A stretch of DNA of 64,000 nt from an uncultured Muribaculaceae bacterium (GTDB lineage Bacteria > Bacteroidota > Bacteroidia > Bacteroidales > UBA932): assembly GCA_964367735.1 (NCBI GenBank), contig CAYIYT010000002.1, positions 4,958-68,957 of the forward strand, given 5' to 3'. Positions within the stretch are counted from its first letter, which is position 1. Each line of letters opens with the position of its first letter. Positions 42,067 through 51,321 of the stretch are shown one piece after another. Position numbers and translations under genes: made by a program. Under the pieces are notes generated by a model. It was not told where the DNA came from, ran no database searches, and saw only the letters and a list, made by a program, of their open reading frames with translations.

Positions 42067-42882
42067 ATGAGACTTATTATTCAGAATTCCTACGAACAAA
42101 TATCGCAATGGGCAGCTGCATATATTGTAAAAAGAATCACAGAATTTGAACCCACTTCTGAAAAACCTTTCGTTCTGGGATTACCCACAGGATCTACTCC
42201 TTATGGCACCTACAAAGAGCTTATCCGTTATTATAGAGAGGGGCTCATCTCATTTAAAAATGTAGTAACGTTTAACATGGATGAATATATTGGCATCCCA
42301 AAAGAGCACCCACAATCTTATTTCACATTTATGTGGGATAATTTCTTCCAACACATAGACATTAATAGAGAAAATGCCAACATGCTAAATGGTAACGCGC
42401 ACGACTTAGACCTGGAGTGCGAAAATTACGAGAAAAAGATGCAATCCTATGGTGGTATAAATCTTTTCATGGGAGGCATAGGGCCAGATGGTCATATAGC
42501 ATTTAATGAACCTGGATCTTCTCTCTCTTCTAGAACCAGAGTTAAAAGCTTAACAACAGATACAATAATAGCGAATTCCAGATTCTTCAATAATGATATT
42601 TCCCAGGTGCCAAAAACTGCACTTACTGTAGGTGTAGGAACAATCATGGACTCTCAAGAGGTAATGATACTAGTGAACGGACATCATAAAGCAAGGGCTC
42701 TTTATAATGCAGTAGAGGGGGGCATCAATCACATGTGGACAATAAGTGTCTTACAAATGCATCGTAAAGGAATTATAATTTGCGACGATGCTTCAACTAT
42801 AGAGTTAAAAGTTGGTACTGTCAACTACTTTAAAGATATAGAAAGAGATAATTTAGATCCTAGATCTTTACTCCTATTTTAA
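42067..42882 (+). CDS. nagB: Glucosamine-6-phosphate deaminase
   Basis: [30 protein letters not shown]. Confidence 0.97.
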   Translation: MRLIIQNSYEQISQWAAAYIVKRITEFEPTSEKPFVLGLPTGSTPYGTYKELIRYYREGLISFKNVVTFNMDEYIGIPKEHPQSYFTFMWDNFFQHIDINRENANMLNGNAHDLDLECENYEKKMQSYGGINLFMGGIGPDGHIAFNEPGSSLSSRTRVKSLTTDTIIANSRFFNNDISQVPKTALTVGVGTIMDSQEVMILVNGHHKARALYNAVEGGINHMWTISVLQMHRKGIIICDDASTIELKVGTVNYFKDIERDNLDPRSLLLF

Positions 42883-43965
42883 AAAAAGAGCTGCGTCGGA
42901 AAATACTTTTTCGAACCAATAATCTAATTCCATTGAACCTCCTTTCTCAATAGATGGAAAGGGGGTTTCGTGTGAATATTTGAAAGGAAAATCAAATTCC
43001 TTTAAACATTTTTTCCAGATAGAACCAAATGCATTTCTAATTCCCGAAGTGGGTATTACAATATCATTTTTTAACGAGATAGCCCTTATTCTGTTTTGAG
43101 CTTTTTTATAAAAGCTATATCTCTCATTTTTGCTAAGATCTTTGTCTATATGTGCTAGAAAAGCCTTATCAATAGCATCTACTTCTACCTTAGAAGAGAT
43201 GTAATCATGTATAAATTGGTTTCTATAATATTTGTTAAGCATATTAAACGAAACCTTATCCATAATCATTCTTGAATTGCCATTCATCTCTCCAAATAAA
43301 GCTCCTCCACAAAACATAAACAACTTGCTTTTAGAAAAATAGCCATTAGGATTAGACATTAGCAACACCTGAGAAAGAAGCGAACCAATAGAATAAGAGA
43401 AGATATTTATAGTACAATCTTTTTTAAATACTGGAGATTTACCGCTTGTTATCTCTTCCATCAACTGGCAAACATTCAATACTGTTTCTCTTCCTGCTAA
43501 ATAGAAACGTAAAGGATCGGCCTTAATTCTTGTACTTAGAGCATAGTTCACAAATGTTAAATTTTGGTTGCTTCCAGATTTTCCCTCTCTCTCTTCATTC
43601 TCTTTTTCTAGAGTAACCAATCTTTGCATTACTCTTGGATTACTCCATGATAGTGGAGATCTATTTATGTGCAAAGAGATAGGAAATAGCACTATTGGGA
43701 CTTGTGCGTTTTCGCATAAATAATTTGCCCATGGTATATATTTATCCCAACTTCTCTCGTTTAGTCCGTGAAATAAAATTATAGCACTTGCATATTTTTC
43801 AGATGATGGTTCTTTGGGTAAAATCACTTTGTACTCGAAGTTTCTATTTTCATCTATATCATTGTCTTTCGTCCCTAGAGATTCAGGAATATTTATATTC
43901 TCTCTTTTGTGGATAATCTCTTCATAACCCAAATTTTCTTGAAATCTAAATAAATACTCTCTCAT
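42874..43965 (-). CDS. DUF6051-like alpha/beta-hydrolase-fold protein
   Basis: [12 protein letters not shown], nucleophile elbow-like [22 protein letters not shown]. Confidence 0.7.
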   Translation of the reverse strand: MREYLFRFQENLGYEEIIHKRENINIPESLGTKDNDIDENRNFEYKVILPKEPSSEKYASAIILFHGLNERSWDKYIPWANYLCENAQVPIVLFPISLHINRSPLSWSNPRVMQRLVTLEKENEEREGKSGSNQNLTFVNYALSTRIKADPLRFYLAGRETVLNVCQLMEEITSGKSPVFKKDCTINIFSYSIGSLLSQVLLMSNPNGYFSKSKLFMFCGGALFGEMNGNSRMIMDKVSFNMLNKYYRNQFIHDYISSKVEVDAIDKAFLAHIDKDLSKNERYSFYKKAQNRIRAISLKNDIVIPTSGIRNAFGSIWKKCLKEFDFPFKYSHETPFPSIEKGGSMELDYWFEKVFSDAALFLK

Positions 43966-44104
43966 TTTTTTATTACAAATAAAGAGAGTAGCCTTCAAAA
44001 TCAAAAATAAAAGGAGTAAACAGAACTAAAATGGTACTAAAATGCTAAATTAGGGACGAAACAACACCTACAGTGGTGAAATTATCTCTATTTTTGTATT
44101 GAAT

Positions 44105-44929
44105 ATGAAAATACCCGATTATATAAATGAAAAAAAGAACATAGTAAGATTGGTAGCATTCACATCCATTTTTGCCTTGGTCTTTATTAATATCTATAAA
44201 CCCTTTAGCTCTTCTAGCTGGTATGTGGTTTCAGAATTTATGTTTTTCGTCTACTCTTCGTTAATAATTCTAACTGGTGTATTAGTAGTAATTATTAGCC
44301 GTATAATCATGTATTTTTACGTAAAGAAACATGAGATATCGTATTGGAAATATGCCTTTTGGGTCTTTCTTGAAATATTATTTATGTCTCTATTCTATAC
44401 TATTTACACTCTTGCAATAGGGAAAGAGCGAGATACAATGGAAGTTTTTAAAACTTGTATTATAAACACCTCATTGGTTTTGTTGTTACCCTATACAGTG
44501 GTATGGTTTTATTTTGGGTGGAGAGAGAGTGTTGCTAATCTCGAGAAACTTTCTGGAATAAATTTTTCTGCTACTTCATATTTTGGGAACATTCCATTTT
44601 ATGACGAAAATGGTGTGCTTAGGATTTCAATTAATAAAAAAGATCTTCTATATATAGAATCTTGTGATAATTATGTGACAATATACTATAGTGGTAATGA
44701 TTCAATCAAAAAATACCTACTTAGAAATAGGCTAAAAAACATAGAAAATGAACTCTTACGTACAAATATAATAAGATGTCATAGGACCTATCTTGTAAAT
44801 CTAGAAAAAGCTAAGGTTATTAGGAAAGAAACAGATGGTCTCTATATAGAATTAGACACCAAAGATGCAAAAGAGATCCCGGTGTCTAAAAGTTATCAGA
44901 AAAAGATAAGTGAAAAATTTATCTCTTAA
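44105..44929 (+). CDS. Membrane-anchored LytTR-family transcriptional regulator
   Basis: About four N-terminal TM helices; LLYIES.DNYV.IYY, RCHRTYLVN, IPVSKSY; -7 box TATTTTTG at 44089-44096. Confidence 0.9.
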   Translation: MKIPDYINEKKNIVRLVAFTSIFALVFINIYKPFSSSSWYVVSEFMFFVYSSLIILTGVLVVIISRIIMYFYVKKHEISYWKYAFWVFLEILFMSLFYTIYTLAIGKERDTMEVFKTCIINTSLVLLLPYTVVWFYFGWRESVANLEKLSGINFSATSYFGNIPFYDENGVLRISINKKDLLYIESCDNYVTIYYSGNDSIKKYLLRNRLKNIENELLRTNIIRCHRTYLVNLEKAKVIRKETDGLYIELDTKDAKEIPVSKSYQKKISEKFIS

Positions 44930-44931
44930 TA

Positions 44932-45696
44932 TTAAAATCCAAAGTAAAAATCTTTCTTCTCCATAAGAGTATCATACTTATTGAAGTCAAATACATAATA
45001 CTTAGCTGGTTTATGTTTTGTATCTTTCATTACGTCTCCTGTATCGGTAATAACACCTCTATTTTTCTTTCGGCCTGTTGGTTTTGCTTTTGTAGAAGCA
45101 GTTGGATCGCCCACCATTTTTTTATGGAAATTAGCTCTGTCGAACTCTATATTAAGCAATATCTCGTATATAGTTTGGAGTTGCTTTATTGTAAATCGCT
45201 CATCTAATAATTCAAATGCAACTGGCTCTTTATTAAGTGTTAAAGCGACGCTTTCTTTTGCTTTTATTATTGCGTCTCTATGATCAAATGCAAGATTTGT
45301 ACTATTAAGTGCCTCGTTCAAAGAGATCCACTGTAAGCTAGTAGCATCACTACCACTTTTAATCTTGGGAGATAACATAGCAGTAGGTCCTAACAAACCG
45401 TAATATAAAACAGAAATAACTCTAGTACGCGGGTCTCTTTCTATATTTGAAAGGACCGAAAATTGTCGTAAATTACTAAGCTCTATACCAGTCTCTTCTA
45501 AAAGTTCTCTTTGGGCACACTCCTCAAGAGTCTCCTGTTGTTCAAGAAAGCCTCCAGGCAAAGCCATACTCTCTTTAAATGGCTCATTAGCTCTTTTGAC
45601 TAGTAAAACATTAATGTCTTTACCATTAAATCCAAATATGACACAGTCTGTAGTAACTGCAGGTCTTGGATATTGGTAACTATAACTTCCCTCCAT
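44932..45696 (-). CDS. NrtR-like Nudix hydrolase/winged-HTH regulator
   Basis: LPGGF..E..RELLEETGI Nudix box, RDPR, LAFDH, FELL..FT..LQ..YE, NF.KK, KPAKYY. Confidence 0.88.
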   Translation of the reverse strand: MEGSYSYQYPRPAVTTDCVIFGFNGKDINVLLVKRANEPFKESMALPGGFLEQQETLEECAQRELLEETGIELSNLRQFSVLSNIERDPRTRVISVLYYGLLGPTAMLSPKIKSGSDATSLQWISLNEALNSTNLAFDHRDAIIKAKESVALTLNKEPVAFELLDERFTIKQLQTIYEILLNIEFDRANFHKKMVGDPTASTKAKPTGRKKNRGVITDTGDVMKDTKHKPAKYYVFDFNKYDTLMEKKDFYFGF

Positions 45697-45756
45697 TTAT
45701 CTTTTTATTTCTAGGTTATAAAATTGCAAGCGGCAAAAATAGCCAAAAAACCTAGA

Positions 45757-46311
45757 CTATCTAAGCTTTTCAGTAATTTCCTTATCGGTAGGTTTTACTT
45801 TTGAAGGGAAAAATGCTAATAATCTGCCATTTTCGTCAATTAAGTATTTACCGAAGTTCCATGAAGGCTCTAGAGTGTTCCATCCATTCTTTGATTTGTC
45901 TGTTAACCATTGGTGAACTTTGTTCTTTTGGTTGCCTTTAACAGAAGATTTATCCATCATCTGAAAGCTCACTCCATAGTTTTTCTCACAAAATTCTAGA
46001 ATATCTTCATTCGAACCAGGATCTTGAGCTCCAAAATCATTCGATGGAAATCCTAATATTATTAGTGAGCTCCCATACTCTTGATGCAATTGTTCTAGTT
46101 CTTTAAATTGAGGAGTAAACCCACACTTAGAGGCAGTATTTACAATAAGTACCTTTTTACCTTTTAGTTGATCAAATTTAAATATTTCTCCACTTATTGT
46201 ATTAAATGATAGAGAATAAAAATCTACTGGAGGGGTTACTGGAACTTGTGCTGTTACGCTTACTGCAAATAGAGCAGAAAAAGCCCCCGATATTAATTTA
46301 AATATATTCAT
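45757..46311 (-). CDS. Cys-type glutathione peroxidase-like thiol peroxidase with signal peptide
   Basis: VNTASKCGFTPQ, GFPSNDF, FC..NYGV, WNF.KYLID. Confidence 0.93.
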   Translation of the reverse strand: MNIFKLISGAFSALFAVSVTAQVPVTPPVDFYSLSFNTISGEIFKFDQLKGKKVLIVNTASKCGFTPQFKELEQLHQEYGSSLIILGFPSNDFGAQDPGSNEDILEFCEKNYGVSFQMMDKSSVKGNQKNKVHQWLTDKSKNGWNTLEPSWNFGKYLIDENGRLLAFFPSKVKPTDKEITEKLR

Positions 46312-46427
46312 AATAATCTTAATTATTGTTTAGTTATTAGTATCACAAACAAACATTAAACAAAAATGTTGCCAAGATTAAATAAATAACTTTAAGGTAA
46401 ATATTATTGAATATAGCTACCTGTGAA

Positions 46428-48878
46428 TTAATAGCCCAGTCTAATGAGATTTTCTGGTTCTTGCCCTGGCTCTTTTTGCTGTGGCTTAGACAATTGCTTC
46501 TTATTCAAATTAAAAGATAGCCCTAACCACAAAACTCGGCTTTCGTTCTTACTTTTATTATCGAGTGAGTAAATTGCATTATTAGAAACAATGTTCCACT
46601 TTCTGGTATTAAACACATCTGTAAGGGATAGTGATGCTGTAAGTATGTTTTTAATTAATACTCGTTTATAACTTACATCCATATAATGAACTGCTTGAGT
46701 TTGGAACTGTGGGTATACAGCCGGAGAGCTATAGAAGTACTGAAGTGAAATATCATCTTTTTTGGAAGGGGTTATGCTTGCTGCTATATTTCCTTGCCAC
46801 ATTATCTTACTGCTAGAAAGGTCAATACCACTTACCTCGCCTTTAGTGTGCCCGTAATAGGCATTAGCACTCAAAGATGCAGTTAACCAAGAGGTTAATT
46901 TGTTTCTAAGATTAAGATCGGCACCTACTTTATTGCTTCGGCTTCCATTTACATATGTTATCATAAGAGCTTCCTGCCCATAAAGAGAAGTTACCTGTGT
47001 AATGAAATTAGAGGTGGTATTATAAAATAGAGAAAACATAAAGGCACTACCATTTTGGGAAAAGTTATATGCCAATTCTGCCAATGTTATCTCTTCTGGC
47101 ACTAAATCTCTATTACCAGTCTCATAGACACTTTTGTCTATCATATTTATAAAAGGATTTATTTGCAAATATACAGGTCTAGTAACTCTTCTAGAGAGCG
47201 TAAAGGCAAGTGAATTGCTCTTTGAAAAATCTTTTTGTAACATTAAGAATGGAGAGACAAACATATGGTCATTTTTAATCTCCTCATTTTCTTTTTTAAT
47301 ATCTAGATTTGAGTTACTATATTCACTCCTAAGGCCAATCTTATAGGCAATATCATTTTGAAGCTTTGCCGAGTAGTTTACATAGATTGAATAGATGTTT
47401 TCTTTATAATCCAAATCGCTGCTAAAGAAGTCGTTATATATCCAATTATTGATCCCTTCATTATATTGATAGGTGTCAAATTTAAAATCATTGCCTCTAT
47501 AAAAATATTTTGCTCCAGCTTCTAACAAGCTCTTTTTAGGCAATTTTAAACTGTAGTCGGCCCCAAAAGTGTAATTGGTAGGATACCCACCTCCTTGAGA
47601 TTTTTGAATAGGTACATTATCTTCCATATAAAATGCCTTCCTATCTCCTTTGTTTTGAGAGAAGGAACCCAAAATAGATAACTCACTTTTTTCTGGTTTA
47701 AGGACAATGTTATAATTGGCAATTACCTCGGCCATCTTCCTATTTTGATTAAACTCATTAACTCTCTTTTGTATGTCATAATCTTGCAAGGAAGAGTTTA
47801 CGTTACTTATATTTTGAATATTATCTAATCTAGGATTGGCATATTTCAAATTCAACGATAGAGCATTTCCAGAGTTAAATATTTTGGATGCACTTGCTCC
47901 TATCATACTATTCTTATCGTCTCTGTGAGACAATATTTTTTGCTCTATTGAGTTCCCAGTAGTGTAAAAATGGCGGTAGAGCTCGCTGCTAACCTCTTCT
48001 ATTTGATATTTACCAGAGTAATTCAAAGATAGATTCCAGCCATTGGTGTTTAAAGCTACCATTACATTACCATTTATCTTGTTTGCCACTCCCCAATTTA
48101 ATGTAGAAGAGAGCGAAGCACCATCTCTTTTCTCCTTTTTAGTAATTATGTTAATAATGCCACCTGTACCTTCGGAGTCATATTTGGCACTTGGGTTAGT
48201 GATAATTTCTATACTTTGGGTTGCCGAGGCAGGTATCCCGTCTAGCGCACCTATAGTAGTTGGAATACCGTCCATCAAAACCAATATATTGGGATTTCCC
48301 CTTATGTATATTGCATTGTTATTATCTACAGAGACCATAGAAGCACTCCTGAGCAACTCTATTACAGACCCCGTAGAGGCAGCAATAGATGCGCTTGTAT
48401 TAATCCTAGTTCTCTCTACATCACTCTGTTTTTCGGTATAAGATGCAGTTACAGATGCTCCGCTTAAGATTGCCGAGTGTTGGGATAACACAATAGGCAC
48501 CTTAATGCTGTTTATTCCTGGCTTTATTTCAATTTCCTGTTCTACTGTTTTGTATCCAATAAAACTAATTTGCAAAGTATGCTTTCCTGTTTGCTTTGTC
48601 TTAAATTTAAAAACGCCTCTTTTGTCGGTTATTACACCAGCTATTACGCTATCGCGCCTATTTTTAAGCACTACAGACGCATACTCTACGGCAATTGCAT
48701 CTTGCCCCTCAACAACTCGGCCTACCACAGAATGTTGCCCTTCTGTAGCTTTGCTATCTATAGCTGAATTATTACTAGTGTTCTTATTTTGTGCCGAAGC
48801 ACTAACAGTAACCAAAAAAGTTAAAATTAGAGCTAAATGCCTAAAATGACCATTTATGTGAAAATTAAACAAACTCAT
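46428..48878 (-). CDS. TonB-dependent receptor / outer-membrane beta-barrel family protein
   Basis: Signal peptide, carboxypeptidase-regulatory-like domain, plug motif IEIITNPSAKYDSEGTGGIINI, barrel motifs RP..Q.NPF, GN.DL.PE; start uncertain (48878 or 48905). Confidence 0.85.
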   Translation of the reverse strand: MSLFNFHINGHFRHLALILTFLVTVSASAQNKNTSNNSAIDSKATEGQHSVVGRVVEGQDAIAVEYASVVLKNRRDSVIAGVITDKRGVFKFKTKQTGKHTLQISFIGYKTVEQEIEIKPGINSIKVPIVLSQHSAILSGASVTASYTEKQSDVERTRINTSASIAASTGSVIELLRSASMVSVDNNNAIYIRGNPNILVLMDGIPTTIGALDGIPASATQSIEIITNPSAKYDSEGTGGIINIITKKEKRDGASLSSTLNWGVANKINGNVMVALNTNGWNLSLNYSGKYQIEEVSSELYRHFYTTGNSIEQKILSHRDDKNSMIGASASKIFNSGNALSLNLKYANPRLDNIQNISNVNSSLQDYDIQKRVNEFNQNRKMAEVIANYNIVLKPEKSELSILGSFSQNKGDRKAFYMEDNVPIQKSQGGGYPTNYTFGADYSLKLPKKSLLEAGAKYFYRGNDFKFDTYQYNEGINNWIYNDFFSSDLDYKENIYSIYVNYSAKLQNDIAYKIGLRSEYSNSNLDIKKENEEIKNDHMFVSPFLMLQKDFSKSNSLAFTLSRRVTRPVYLQINPFINMIDKSVYETGNRDLVPEEITLAELAYNFSQNGSAFMFSLFYNTTSNFITQVTSLYGQEALMITYVNGSRSNKVGADLNLRNKLTSWLTASLSANAYYGHTKGEVSGIDLSSSKIMWQGNIAASITPSKKDDISLQYFYSSPAVYPQFQTQAVHYMDVSYKRVLIKNILTASLSLTDVFNTRKWNIVSNNAIYSLDNKSKNESRVLWLGLSFNLNKKQLSKPQQKEPGQEPENLIRLGY

Positions 48879-48995
48879 ATAGTGATAAATTGATTTATGC
48901 GACAATGAAATTGATTCTTTTAATAAGACTATAAATAAATATTTTTCCTATGCTATCCTTTCTACTTTGGCAGGCTCATTTCAAATATTTCTTTC

Positions 48996-49003
48996 TATTT
49001 TTG
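48996..49003 (+). promoter_or_regulatory. -7 box for the DUF2284 operon
   Basis: TATTTTTG ending 8 nt before the ATG at 49012. Confidence 0.6.
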
Positions 49004-49011
49004 TAGCAATT

Positions 49012-49596
49012 ATGTATAAGATAGAACACAAAATAGCAAGGTTGCAAGTTACAGATTATATAGATGGCTACTGCGATGTAAGCCGTTTTATTGAATATTG
49101 CAAACAGTGTAACAATTATGGCAATGTGTGGGCATGCCCGCCATACAGTTTTGATAAGTTAAGTAAAATAAAGGACTTTAAGTATGTCCATATTATAGGT
49201 AGTCAAGCGTTTATAGATGAGAGCATAAGGTACTCTCCAACCAATGCTAAAGAGCAAAAAGATATCTCTTACCAAATAATGGAGCTTGCACGTAAAGATA
49301 TTGATGAGCCTTTACTGGAACTCGAAAAAAAATATCCTGGGAGTCTCTGTTTCTTTGCCGGCAGCTGTTTCTTTTGTCCCAAAGAGCTATGCACTCGGCT
49401 AGTAGATAAACCTTGCATTTACCCCACCAAGATGCGCTCTTCGCTTGAAGCCTATGGTTTCGATATCTCTAAAACTGCTTTGGACCTATTGGGTATTGAG
49501 TTGGAATGGAGTAAAAATTTTGTATTGCCTCAATATCTCACACTCACAAGCGCTCTGTTTACCAACCACAATATTGAAGATTTAGAATGGAAGTAG
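49012..49596 (+). CDS. DUF2284-like Cys-rich predicted metal-binding protein
   Basis: CKQCNNYG..WACPP; AGSCFFC...CTR....C.YP.KMRSSLEAYGFD. Confidence 0.82.
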   Translation: MYKIEHKIARLQVTDYIDGYCDVSRFIEYCKQCNNYGNVWACPPYSFDKLSKIKDFKYVHIIGSQAFIDESIRYSPTNAKEQKDISYQIMELARKDIDEPLLELEKKYPGSLCFFAGSCFFCPKELCTRLVDKPCIYPTKMRSSLEAYGFDISKTALDLLGIELEWSKNFVLPQYLTLTSALFTNHNIEDLEWK

Positions 49597-50297
49597 CCAA
49601 AAAGAAAGCTGTATTCAACTGGAGCGGAGGCAAAGACTCGGCATTAGCACTTTTAAAAATCTTACAGGAGGGTGAGTTCGAAATAGTCTCTTTACTAACT
49701 ACCGTAAATAGAGATAGCAAACGCTCTACTATGCACTCTATTCCAGAAAAACTTTTGCAAACCCAAGCTCATAGTATAGGATTGCCCTTGTACATAGTAG
49801 ATTTAACCCCTAAGGGAGATATGGGAGATTACGCCCAAGCAATGCGTTTGGCTGTGGAATCATTCAAAGCACAAGGTGTTACACATTTTATATTTGGGGA
49901 TATTTTCTTGCACGATGTAAGATCATATAGAGAGAAGCAGCTAGAGCCATACGGAATAGAGGTTGTAGAGCCTCTCTGGGATAAAACATGCGAGCAAGTT
50001 ATGGAAGAATTTCTCCAATCGGGGCTTAAAACAGTTGTTGTAACAACTATGGCCAACTTACTAGGCAAAAATTACATGGGAGTTAATATAGATTCTAATT
50101 TTGTAGAACAATTACCTAAAGGAATAGATATTTGTGGCGAAAATGGCGAGTACCACACATTTTGCTACGATGGGCCCATATTTAATTATACAATTCCATA
50201 CCAATTAGGAGAACCATATGTTTTCTCACACGAAGTAGGAATGGATAACGGTACCCGCCAAACCTACTCCTACTGGTTTGCCAATATTTTAAACTGA
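49587..50297 (+). CDS. DUF71/Dph6-like (diphthine-ammonia ligase family) ATP pyrophosphatase
   Basis: PP-loop WSGGKDS, MH, FGDIFL, EPLW, DICGENGEYHTF..DGPIF; overlaps DUF2284 by 10 bp. Confidence 0.9.
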   Translation: MEVAKKKAVFNWSGGKDSALALLKILQEGEFEIVSLLTTVNRDSKRSTMHSIPEKLLQTQAHSIGLPLYIVDLTPKGDMGDYAQAMRLAVESFKAQGVTHFIFGDIFLHDVRSYREKQLEPYGIEVVEPLWDKTCEQVMEEFLQSGLKTVVVTTMANLLGKNYMGVNIDSNFVEQLPKGIDICGENGEYHTFCYDGPIFNYTIPYQLGEPYVFSHEVGMDNGTRQTYSYWFANILN

Positions 50298-50367
50298 TTT
50301 CAACGCCGTGGTTTTTGACAACAAATACACTATGAGTAAATACAATGAATACCTTAATTGATTTCTA

Positions 50368-51201
50368 ATGAACACTTTAATCAACGAGAAATTCAAAGCT
50401 TTGGCAGAAAGCGACTATAAAGATTTTAATAGAAAGCTTATCCCAACCAATTATGAGATTCTTGGCATTAGAATGCCGGCATTAAGAAAGTTGGCAAAAG
50501 AGATAGCAGCAGACTGCAATGTTTCTCTTTATCTTAATAATGCCGAATTTACCACATATGAACACATTATACTTTACGGGCTAGTATTGGGATATCTAAA
50601 AGAGACATCGCTAGAGGAGACATCGCTAGAGGAAAGATCGCTAAATGAAAGATCGCTTGATGAAAGATCGCTTGATGAAAGATCGCTAAATGAGAGATTA
50701 TTAGATATCGTTTTTAAATATTTGGATCCACTTATTCTTAAATTCGACAATTGGGCTCATGTAGATACTATTATCTCTTCGTTTAAAATTTTCAAAAAAT
50801 ATCCAAACGAGGTTCTGGCCCACTTCCTACCACTTAAAAATCACGATGGAGAGTTTACTAAACGCACTTTTGTAGTTCTGCTCATGGATTATTTTATGGA
50901 CGAAACTCATATAGAGGCAACATTACAACATTTCACTGAAATAAAGCAAGGGCAATATTATGTAGACATGGCAATAGCGTGGGCACTTTGTGAAGGGATA
51001 ATTAAACATCAGAACAAAACCATTGCTCTGCTCCAACAAAACTTATCTGCACATCAAAACATATCTAAAAATCAAATCATTTTCTCAAAATTTGTGCACA
51101 ACAAAGCTATTCAAAAAGCACGCGAAAGCTTCCGCGTACTGTCCAGTATAAAAGAGCAACTCAATAAAATGAAAGTTTTTTCTGTCTCACTTATTCCATA
51201 A
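50368..51201 (+). CDS. AlkD-like DNA alkylation repair (HEAT-like repeat) protein
   Basis: LGIRMPALRKLAKE, DNWAHVD, EF..R, YYVDMAIAWAL, HNKAIQKARES.R. Confidence 0.85.
   Translation: MNTLINEKFKALAESDYKDFNRKLIPTNYEILGIRMPALRKLAKEIAADCNVSLYLNNAEFTTYEHIILYGLVLGYLKETSLEETSLEERSLNERSLDERSLDERSLNERLLDIVFKYLDPLILKFDNWAHVDTIISSFKIFKKYPNEVLAHFLPLKNHDGEFTKRTFVVLLMDYFMDETHIEATLQHFTEIKQGQYYVDMAIAWALCEGIIKHQNKTIALLQQNLSAHQNISKNQIIFSKFVHNKAIQKARESFRVLSSIKEQLNKMKVFSVSLIP
50602..50706 (+). repeat. In-frame 15-bp tandem repeat x7 in alkD (ETSLE/ERSLD pentapeptides)
   Basis: gagacatcgctagag x2, gaaagatcgctaaat, gaaagatcgcttgat x2, gaaagatcgctaaat, gagagattattagat. Confidence 0.95.
51034..51087 (+). repeat. 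Degenerate in-frame 18-bp repeat x3 in the alkD C-terminus
   Basis: caacaaaacttatctgca / catcaaaacatatctaaa / aatcaaatcattttctca. Confidence 0.65.
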
Positions 51202-51321
51202 TTCTCTATCAATCAAGTGCTTAAGGTATGCAAATAGGTCAAAAAGAGGGTATTTACAAAACCCAACCTACACATTATTAAGTATTTATGCGAAAAGTGA
51301 GCAATTAATTTGCGTGGTTGC

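Noticed and set aside
45757-46311. Selenocysteine in the glutathione peroxidase
   Set aside because: The active-site codon is Cys and the ORF has no in-frame TGA
48879-49011. Cobalamin riboswitch upstream of the receptor/DUF2284 genes (also checked upstream of mutA)
   Set aside because: The intergenic regions are short and AT-rich, with no B12-box or conserved GGGAA/GCCACTG elements
50602-50706. 15-bp repeats as a CRISPR array
   Set aside because: Units are contiguous with no spacers, are in frame within a CDS, and no cas genes are present
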